Part shown: positions 27,744-34,666 of the stretch, piece after piece
How the letters are laid out: each line of letters opens with the position of its first letter
Numbering within the stretch: the stretch's first letter is position 1
Origin: Dehalococcoidia bacterium
Lineage (GTDB): Bacteria; Chloroflexota; Dehalococcoidia; SZUA-161
NCBI GenBank assembly: GCA_035529555.1
Contig: DATKWL010000116.1
Coordinates: 1-34,666, forward strand
Direction of reading: 5' to 3'
DNA: 34,666 bases
Position numbers and translations under genes: made by a program
Notes under the pieces: generated by a model
What the model was told of the DNA's origin: nothing
The model's input: the letters and a program-made list of their open reading frames with translations, nothing else
The model's database searches: none

Positions 27744-28725
27744 GATGAAACGCAGATTTGTCATAATCGGCAGCAATTCTTTCTCAGGAAGCACCCTGAT
27801 TGACCTTCTCCAGCAGGATGAGGGAAATGAAGTAGTTGGTATCAGCCGGTCAAAGGAAAAAGACCGCCTCTTCCTAGCTTATAAAGGAGGCTTACAATTC
27901 CATCAGATGAACCTGAATACTGACCTCGATAAAATGCTTCAGCTCTTTGATAAGTATGAGCCTCACTATATTGTTAACTTCGCTTCCCAGAGCGAGGTCG
28001 CACCAAGCTGGGAATACCCGGAACAGTGGTATCAAACCAACTGCATGAGCATTGTAAGACTGAGCAACGAGCTTAAAGACAGGAAATACCTCAAGGGCTA
28101 TGTCCATATTTCAACACCAGAGGTATATGGGAGCTGCCCTAAAGTAACTGAGTCTGCTCCCCTCAACCCCAGCACCCCTTATGCAGCATCAAGAGCAGCC
28201 GCCGATATGTTCTTACTCTGCCTAGCGAGAAACTTTGACTTCCCGCTCACCATAATCCGCTCCACCAATGTATATGGTGCGCACCAGCAACTTTGGAAAA
28301 TCATCCCCCGGACAGTAATTTACCTGAAGCAGGGGAGGAAAATAGAGCTGCATGGGGGAGGTGACCAAATAAGGTCTTTTATTCATATTCGAGATGTTGC
28401 CCGTGGTATTCTTAAAGCTATTGAGTTGGGTAAACCAGGAAGCATTTATCACCTTTCGCCCCAAAACGGCTGCAGTATCAAGTGGATTGTGCAGCGAGTC
28501 TGCGAACTGATGGGCCATGATTTTGATAAAGCAACGGTCTCTTTTGGCAAGAGGGCGGGACAGGATGCGTGCTACATCATAGACTCCTCCAAAGCCCGCA
28601 CTGAGCTGGGGTGGCATCCGCAGATTCCCTTGGATGAAGGCCTTAAGGAGGTTATACAGTGGGTGGGGGAGAACTGGGAGGGAATTTCAACGGCGCCGCT
28701 GGAATATATCCACAAGGCGTATTAA
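27727..28725 (+). CDS. NAD-dependent epimerase/dehydratase-family extended SDR (332 aa; alternative start ATG 27745)
   Basis: FVIIGSNSFSGS Rossmann motif and ISTPEVYGS. The active-site motif reads YAASR instead of YxxxK. Confidence 0.8.
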   Translation: MENLFKMKRRFVIIGSNSFSGSTLIDLLQQDEGNEVVGISRSKEKDRLFLAYKGGLQFHQMNLNTDLDKMLQLFDKYEPHYIVNFASQSEVAPSWEYPEQWYQTNCMSIVRLSNELKDRKYLKGYVHISTPEVYGSCPKVTESAPLNPSTPYAASRAAADMFLLCLARNFDFPLTIIRSTNVYGAHQQLWKIIPRTVIYLKQGRKIELHGGGDQIRSFIHIRDVARGILKAIELGKPGSIYHLSPQNGCSIKWIVQRVCELMGHDFDKATVSFGKRAGQDACYIIDSSKARTELGWHPQIPLDEGLKEVIQWVGENWEGISTAPLEYIHKAY

Positions 28726-28738
28726 AGAAGGTGGGGCC

Positions 28739-30520
28739 ATGAAGGTATCAGATTATATAGTCGATTTCCTGAGCCGGCAGGGAATCAAGCACGCCTTTGT
28801 AATTACCGGAGGCGCCGCTGCCCATCTAATTGACTCTATAGCTAGAAACCCGGAGATGGACTATATCTGCACCCAGCATGAGCAGGCGGCGGCTATGGCC
28901 GCTGATGCCTATTCAAGGGTGACCGGCAATTTGGGGGTGGCGGTGGCAACCAGCGGACCGGGGGCAACAAATCTGCTGACTGGCATTGGCTGTGCATACT
29001 GTGACTCCATCCCTGTAATCTATATTACAGGGCAAGTTGTTACTCATCGTTTGAGGAGTGGTACCGGGGTCAGACAACTGGGCTTTCAGGAAGCGCCTAC
29101 TGTTGAAATCTACAAACCAACCACCAAGTATGCCGTCCTGATTGATGACCTTAAAAGAATCAGATATGAGATGGAGAAAGCAACTTATCTGGCCAAGTTT
29201 GGAAGACCAGGTCCGGTCTTGATTGACATTCCTGATAACCTTCAGAGGGAGCAGGTTAACCCTCATGAGCTGGAATCATTTGTCCCCGAGGAAAGCAACG
29301 ACCCAAAATTGGATGAACAGGTCGACCAGTTCATTCAACTTCTTGAGAGGGCGAGAAGGCCTGTTGTTATACTTGGCTGGGGGATTCGGTTGGCCCAAGC
29401 CGAAAAAGAGGCGAGAGAATTCATAAACAAGTTGCGCCTCCCAGTGCTACTGACTTGGGCAACGATGGATATGCTACCCTCTAGTGACCCGCTGGTTGTT
29501 GGCTCGTTTGGGCAACATGGCACCAGATACGGAAATTTCACCGTTCAGAATGCCGACCTCGTTCTAGCCATAGGCAGCAGATTGGACACACACTTAACCG
29601 GGGCTTCCATTACCAGCTTTGCCAGAGAGGCTAAGAAAATCATTGCCGATATTGACTTGAGCGAGTTGAATAAATACAAATTACTCGGCATGGATGCGGA
29701 TTTGCTCATCAATGCCGATGCCAAAGGCCTGCTCCGTGTTATGAACAGCAAAGTCGATGAAATGGTTAAGCCAGATATCTCAGAATGGAAAAGGAAAATT
29801 GAAACTTGGAAAGCCAAGTATCCTATCTGTCTACCTGAGTACTACCAGCAGGAAGAAGTTAACCCCTATGTCTTCGTAAAGGCTCTCGCCAGAGAATCGC
29901 CACAAGGGAGCACATTCCTCGCCGACACCGGTTGTGGACTGGTATGGCTGATGCAGGCATTTGAGTTTAAACAGAATCAGAGATTGTTTAGTGCCTTTAA
30001 CAATACTCCTATGGGATATTCGCTGCCAGCCAGCATTGGGGCCTGTTTTGCCCTTGGGAAAAAGCCGGTAATCTGCATTACCGGGGATGGTGGCCTTCAA
30101 GTTAACATCCAGGAGATGGCAACCATCATAAGGCACGACCTGCCAGTCAAGATCTTTCTTATCAATAACCGCGGTTATTCGATGGTAAGGCAGACGCAGG
30201 AACAATGGTTCGGCTCAAGGTACGAGGCTTCAACCGTGGAAAGCGGTTTGCCCGCGGTGAACTTCGTGAAGGTCGCTGAGGCTTACGGTTTTAAGGCTCT
30301 CACTATTACCACCAATAGAGAATTAGGCCAGCGAATACGGGAGGTACTGGATAGTGAGGGGCCAGTCTTCTGCGATGTTAAGATTAACCCAAATCACCGG
30401 GTCATCCCTCAGGTAAGGTTTGGGAGACCTATTGAGGATGGTGAGCCTTTCTTAGACAGGGATGAGCTACTATCGAATATGATTGTGAAACCAATGGAGA
30501 TTGGAGAGAAGTTAGCATGA
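28739..30520 (+). CDS. thiamine-diphosphate enzyme, acetolactate-synthase-like (593 aa)
   Basis: Typical N-terminus MKVSDYIVDFLSRQGIKHAFVITGG. ThDP motif ITGDGGLQVNIQEMAT...INNRGY. The track extension 28634-28738 overlaps the previous gene. Confidence 0.85.
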   Translation: MKVSDYIVDFLSRQGIKHAFVITGGAAAHLIDSIARNPEMDYICTQHEQAAAMAADAYSRVTGNLGVAVATSGPGATNLLTGIGCAYCDSIPVIYITGQVVTHRLRSGTGVRQLGFQEAPTVEIYKPTTKYAVLIDDLKRIRYEMEKATYLAKFGRPGPVLIDIPDNLQREQVNPHELESFVPEESNDPKLDEQVDQFIQLLERARRPVVILGWGIRLAQAEKEAREFINKLRLPVLLTWATMDMLPSSDPLVVGSFGQHGTRYGNFTVQNADLVLAIGSRLDTHLTGASITSFAREAKKIIADIDLSELNKYKLLGMDADLLINADAKGLLRVMNSKVDEMVKPDISEWKRKIETWKAKYPICLPEYYQQEEVNPYVFVKALARESPQGSTFLADTGCGLVWLMQAFEFKQNQRLFSAFNNTPMGYSLPASIGACFALGKKPVICITGDGGLQVNIQEMATIIRHDLPVKIFLINNRGYSMVRQTQEQWFGSRYEASTVESGLPAVNFVKVAEAYGFKALTITTNRELGQRIREVLDSEGPVFCDVKINPNHRVIPQVRFGRPIEDGEPFLDRDELLSNMIVKPMEIGEKLA

Positions 30521-31359
30521 AAGACAACAAAGAAATTAGCGAGCCAAAAGTTGTTCTCTTAATTTCCATCACCAGTGACATCGGCACGGCACTGGCCACG
30601 AGATATGCCGGTGAAGGTTTCACCGTTGTCGGCACATACCGTTCGACCAAACAGCTGAATAAATTGACGAACATCCCAAACTGTCACCTATTCTCCTGTG
30701 ATATCAATGACCGACAGAGTGTTGCCAGATTTACCAAAGAATACGTTGAGCTAGGCTTACCATGGGACACTTTTATATCTTTACCCGCTAGTCCGCTGCC
30801 CCTGAAAGCTTTTTTCAGATGTGATTTTGACGATTGGGCCGTTTCCATCCATATCAATTCCATTGAGCAGCTACGGGTACTTCATCAACTTTATCCATTT
30901 AGGAATAAGGAGCAGGTATCAAATGTTGTTTTCTTTGCCGCCGGCGGTGTTAATAATGCAGTGGTAAACTTTTCGGCCTTGACCGTTTCCAAGATAATGT
31001 TAAGCAAGATGTGTGAATTTCTGGACGCGGAAAATGAAGACCTGAACATATTTATAGTTGGTCCCGGCTGGACAAAAACAAAAACCCATCACCTAATATT
31101 AGAGCACGTGGACCGAACCGATGAGAGATATCAAAAAACCATTAATTTTCTGGAAAATGAAGAAGGCACCAGTATGGATGATATCTACGGCTGCATAAAG
31201 TGGTTATGTGAACAAGGTAAAGAAGTAAGCAGTGGCCGAAACTTTTCGGTTGTGAATGACAAGTGGAAAGGACAACCAAGTACTAAATTAGCATCTGAAC
31301 TAAGGTCTGATATCAATATGTACAAGTTGAGGAGATATAAGAGCGATTTCCCCCAATGA
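30517..31359 (+). CDS. atypical short-chain dehydrogenase-like protein (280 aa)
   Basis: ISITSDIGTALA Rossmann-like motif. The expected YxxxK region reads LTVSKIML, with no Tyr. ATGA overlap. Confidence 0.65.
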   Translation: MKDNKEISEPKVVLLISITSDIGTALATRYAGEGFTVVGTYRSTKQLNKLTNIPNCHLFSCDINDRQSVARFTKEYVELGLPWDTFISLPASPLPLKAFFRCDFDDWAVSIHINSIEQLRVLHQLYPFRNKEQVSNVVFFAAGGVNNAVVNFSALTVSKIMLSKMCEFLDAENEDLNIFIVGPGWTKTKTHHLILEHVDRTDERYQKTINFLENEEGTSMDDIYGCIKWLCEQGKEVSSGRNFSVVNDKWKGQPSTKLASELRSDINMYKLRRYKSDFPQ

Positions 31360-32063
31360 GCATGGAGGTTGGCTCAATGAAAAAATTAACACAAAAGGAG
31401 GCGTTTGAAAAAGGCGCTCAATATCAAATTGACACAGAACCCGTGTCTCTCGGGCCATTGACTTCATTTAGTCTGCTGGAGGATCCGAAGCACATGTGTT
31501 TTGTTTTGTCCCGATATAAGTTCTGTTCCAAAATACTGGAGGGTAAAGAAAATATATTGGAGATTGGTTGCGGTGATGGTTTTGGGATACCCATAATTGC
31601 CCAGAATGCAAAATATGTCCTGGCCATAGATTCCTGTGATAGGCTAATTGTCGGCAACAGCCAAAGACTGAAAAAAATAAAGAAAGTCCAATTTAAAAAC
31701 CTTGATATTTGTAAAGCTGTTCCCGATAAGACCTTCGATGGCGTATTCTCAATAGATGTGATTGAACATCTGGACCCCCATCTTGAAACACCCTTCATGG
31801 TGAATTCGTGCAAATGCCTCAAAGAAGATGGGATATGCATTGTTGGAACCCCTAATATAACTGCCAGTAAATATGCGACTCCAAGAAGCAGAGTTCAGCA
31901 CATTAATTTGAAAGGTCATAAAACATTACGAGATTTAATGAGTAAATATTTTGAGAACGTACTAATGTTTTCGATGAACGATGAGGTGATACATACCGGG
32001 TACGATCCAATGGCACATTACTTGTTTGGTATTGGGGTTGGCAAGAAGAGAGGAAGTGTGTGA
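31356..32063 (+). CDS. class I SAM-dependent methyltransferase (235 aa)
   Basis: ILEIGCGDGFG motif I. ATGA overlap. Confidence 0.8.
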   Translation: MSMEVGSMKKLTQKEAFEKGAQYQIDTEPVSLGPLTSFSLLEDPKHMCFVLSRYKFCSKILEGKENILEIGCGDGFGIPIIAQNAKYVLAIDSCDRLIVGNSQRLKKIKKVQFKNLDICKAVPDKTFDGVFSIDVIEHLDPHLETPFMVNSCKCLKEDGICIVGTPNITASKYATPRSRVQHINLKGHKTLRDLMSKYFENVLMFSMNDEVIHTGYDPMAHYLFGIGVGKKRGSV

Positions 32064-32755
32064 AAGTAAAGGTATCGGAAATGATGGGACAGGAAATTAA
32101 TTTGCTCAACTTGTATCCCCGCTTCAAGCGCCCGATCGAGGAGCGCGGCAGGCTGGCCACGGAAGAATGCCGGGAAGTCGCCCGCCAGTTCGGTAAAGAT
32201 TTTTTTGACGGTGACCGTCTATACGGCTATGGCGGTTACTACTATCACCCACGCTTCTGGCAGGCGACCGCCAAGCGATTTCGGGACTACTACCAGCTAG
32301 CTGAGAATGCCAGTGTGCTGGACGTAGGCTGCGCCAAGGGATTCATGCTGCATGACTTCAAGGAACTCTTGCCGAATCTTACCATCGCTGGCATTGATAT
32401 TTCCGAGTATGCCATCGAGAACGCCATAGAGACTGTCAAGCCCTTCTTGCGTGTGGGTAATGCCAAGGAATTGCCCTACGGGGACAACTCATTTGACCTG
32501 GTGATCTCCATTAACACCGTACACAACCTGCCCCTGGAGGAGTGCAAGCAGGCGCTACGCGAGATTCAGCGAGTTAGTCGCCAGCATGCCTTTATCACAG
32601 TAGATGCCTGGCGAACTGAGGAGGAAAAGGAACGGCTTATCAAGTGGAATCTAACCGGGTTAACATATATGCAGGTAGATGAGTGGAAACGATTATTTGA
32701 AGAAGTTGGATATCAGGGCGACTACTTCTGGTTTATTGCGGAACATGAAAACTAA
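32060..32755 (+). CDS. class I SAM-dependent methyltransferase (231 aa)
   Basis: VLDVGCAKGFML motif I. GTG start overlapping the upstream TGA. Confidence 0.75.
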   Translation: MKVKVSEMMGQEINLLNLYPRFKRPIEERGRLATEECREVARQFGKDFFDGDRLYGYGGYYYHPRFWQATAKRFRDYYQLAENASVLDVGCAKGFMLHDFKELLPNLTIAGIDISEYAIENAIETVKPFLRVGNAKELPYGDNSFDLVISINTVHNLPLEECKQALREIQRVSRQHAFITVDAWRTEEEKERLIKWNLTGLTYMQVDEWKRLFEEVGYQGDYFWFIAEHEN

Positions 32756-33800
32756 AGCTGCCGTATTATACAAGATTGGTAAACCTTTGGTCATTGAAGA
32801 GTTGCAAATACCCGAGCTGCATCATGGTCAGGTGCTGGTAAAGGTGCTATACAGTGGAGTATGCCGGAGCCAATTGAACGAGATAAATGGGTTAAAAGGT
32901 GAAGATAAATATCTCCCTCACACACTGGGCCATGAGGGTTCAGGTATAGTTGAAACAGTTGGGCCGAGCGTAGGGAAGGTCAAGTCAGGCGACCATGTTG
33001 TGCTTACCTGGATTAAAGGTGATGGATTGGATGTTCCGTCCGCAATTTATCGGAGAAACAATGGGGCAGTAGTGAATTCCGGAGCGCTTTCCACCTTCAT
33101 GGAGCATGCGGTTATATCAGAAAACCGGCTCATTGCCATTCCAAAGAAAATGCCGCTCCGTGAAGCGTTATTGCTTGGGTGTGCAGTTCCTACCGGCGCC
33201 GGAATAGTAATGAACACTTTGAAGGCCAAAGAAGGTGACACAATCGCAATTTTGGGGGTTGGTGGAGTAGGGTTAAGTGCCGTTATGGCCTCCAGCCTTA
33301 TGAACGCCACTACTATTATTGCCATCGACGTGCTCGAGAGAAAACTTGAGCAAGCCCGTCAGCTTGGTGCCACACACCTGATTGATGCTCGCCAGCAAGA
33401 CCCGCTGGCAACCATCTTGGAGATTACTGGCGGTTGTGGGGTGGACTACGCCATTGAGGCGGCTGGGCAGCGTGAAACCATGGAAACCGCTTTTCAGGCT
33501 GTGCGTGACAATGGTGGGCTCTGCGTGCTGGCTGGCAATCTCGCCCGGGGGGAAAAGATTTCTATCGACCCCTTCGCTTTAATAAAAGGCAAAAGAATAA
33601 TTGGAAGCTGGGGTGGAGAAACTAACCCGGATAAAGATATACCACACTACGTAAAGCTCTATTTGTCTGGCAAGATAAAACTGGGAAGCTTAATCAGCCA
33701 TCAATACAGCTTAGAGGCAATAAATGATGCCCTGGCCGCGTTCGAGGCTGGGGAAACTACCAGGGTTCTAATTGAGATAGGCGACAGTGATAATGCTTGA
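32745..33800 (+). CDS. zinc-type medium-chain alcohol dehydrogenase/reductase (351 aa)
   Basis: GVCRSQL, GHEGSGIVETVG and GVGGVGLS. No Cys cluster for a structural zinc. The track ORF starts earlier, inside the previous gene. Confidence 0.85.
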   Translation: MKTKAAVLYKIGKPLVIEELQIPELHHGQVLVKVLYSGVCRSQLNEINGLKGEDKYLPHTLGHEGSGIVETVGPSVGKVKSGDHVVLTWIKGDGLDVPSAIYRRNNGAVVNSGALSTFMEHAVISENRLIAIPKKMPLREALLLGCAVPTGAGIVMNTLKAKEGDTIAILGVGGVGLSAVMASSLMNATTIIAIDVLERKLEQARQLGATHLIDARQQDPLATILEITGGCGVDYAIEAAGQRETMETAFQAVRDNGGLCVLAGNLARGEKISIDPFALIKGKRIIGSWGGETNPDKDIPHYVKLYLSGKIKLGSLISHQYSLEAINDALAAFEAGETTRVLIEIGDSDNA

Positions 33801-34666
33801 TTTGTTTACTATAGTCTGGGGAGAAATGGCAGATTCTTATCTGGAGTTCACCTTGCCTTCTATGCTGCAAGAGGGAAATATCCCGGCTGCCAGAGAATCA
33901 ATTGGTAGCTATACGTTCTACGCCAGCGACGAAGCGAAAAGCGTAATCACTGCCGATAGGTTATACCCGCAGCTAGAAAAGCTAGTGCCTATCCTTTGGC
34001 AACCACTACAAAAGGGCGAGTGGGAGCTTAACAGCAATATCCTCTCCCAGATGAAAGCCAGTGCTTCAATGAAAAACTATATACTACCTTTGCCGCCTGA
34101 TGTAACACTGGGCAACAAGTCCCTGTTAAATCTTACCGGCCTTATTAACCAAAATTTCAATCCAATCCTATATAGCATCCCCCGAATCACGGAAGAGGGC
34201 TGTGAGGCCTTAAAGTCATTATTGAAGGCGCAGGAGGTGGTCAGCAATAGAGAGATGGTCTCCCTCGCCATGAAATATTTTTGGAAGAGAGCTTACCCCA
34301 TAGTCGATAGGGGTGACCACTGGGAAGTGTCCTGTCCACTGCCAGCCCCTTGTTTTTTGCCAGATGCCGAATTAATCGACTACTTCTCACAAGACACAAC
34401 ATTAACAGGTTACAATATCGACCATTGCCTTCCTTACACAATGGTGGAAAGAGGCTACCCCTGGCATTTGATCAACCACAGCGACATATTCTTTGGAGTA
34501 GAGAGGAAAACTCAGATACTCACAAAAAAAGTCAGCGAGCTTGGCATTTGGCGTCCGGAGCGAGAGGAAGACATTATCAAAACAAGACAAGCCGAGGAAT
34601 TTTTCGTGAGACAAAGCGTACAAACTTGGCAGGGGTTCGAGCGTAGTAAGCCACAGGATTTTATAA
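33793..34666 (+). CDS. hypothetical protein, 5' partial view (291 codons, open to the window end)
   Basis: Not in the ORF track because no stop is reached. I translated it codon by codon from ATG 33793 (ATGCTTGA overlap with the upstream stop) to 34665 and found no stop: MLDLFTIVWGEMADSYLEFTLPSMLQEG... Confidence 0.6.
   Translation, partial: MLDLFTIVWGEMADSYLEFTLPSMLQEGNIPAARESIGSYTFYASDEAKSVITADRLYPQLEKLVPILWQPLQKGEWELNSNILSQMKASASMKNYILPLPPDVTLGNKSLLNLTGLINQNFNPILYSIPRITEEGCEALKSLLKAQEVVSNREMVSLAMKYFWKRAYPIVDRGDHWEVSCPLPAPCFLPDAELIDYFSQDTTLTGYNIDHCLPYTMVERGYPWHLINHSDIFFGVERKTQILTKKVSELGIWRPEREEDIIKTRQAEEFFVRQSVQTWQGFERSKPQDFI

Noticed and set aside
28634-28738. 35-codon extension of the ThDP enzyme ORF.
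   Set aside because: It overlaps the preceding SDR gene. The family N-terminus starts at MKVSDYIVDFL (ATG 28739).

Overview
This is a gene-dense 34.7-kb window with bacterial expression signals: GGAGG-type Shine-Dalgarno sites and six TTGAC(A/C/T)-17/18-TAnAAT-like promoters. It reads like part of a large phage/virus-like or other mobile genome rather than core chromosome. However, no integrase, terminase, portal, tail or replication gene is recognisable inside the window, so that assignment is inference. Layout: (i) 50-8862 holds twenty tightly packed minus-strand small ORFs, nearly all ORFans. The exceptions are one wHTH, one RHH-like, one Zn-ribbon protein, and a 474-aa acidic protein with 138-bp tandem repeats. 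(ii) 8899-9257 holds overlapping divergent promoters and a long structured leader. (iii) 9258-15224 is a plus-strand operon. It mixes an Mrp/NBP35-like ATPase, an SCP2-like lipid-binding protein, a mini-HIT protein, a polyprenol-kinase-like membrane protein, peptide deformylase, a UbiA-like prenyltransferase, a type III polyketide synthase and an NAD(P) reductase. (iv) 15272-24194 holds small proteins, an 835-aa protein with internally duplicated (possibly Ig-like) domains, a clan-CD-like peptidase candidate and several unassignable 100-250-aa proteins that look like a particle/structural module. (v) 24285 to beyond 34666 is a nucleotide-sugar tailoring operon: GT-A glycosyltransferase, a reversed-order HldE-like nucleotidyltransferase/kinase, radical SAM, extended SDR, an acetolactate-synthase-like ThDP enzyme, an atypical SDR, two methyltransferases, an MDR dehydrogenase, and an unlisted ORF open to the window end. 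The most unusual signal is regulatory. Near-consensus promoters are repeatedly followed, not preceded, by textbook intrinsic-terminator hairpins that share the stem GGGGCAAGC/GCTTGCCCC (six copies, both strands). In addition, a 72-nt GNRA-capped hairpin element is duplicated in front of both the lipid/polyketide operon and the particle-like operon. This suggests one antitermination- or attenuation-type regulon tying the modules together. Candidate novel biology: a mobile-element-borne prenylated phenolic-lipid pathway, a branched or methylated sugar pathway, and shared proline-rich peptide motifs (EGPPLPR, KLPKLP) spread over otherwise unrelated small proteins. No rRNA, tRNA, CRISPR array or transposase was seen.
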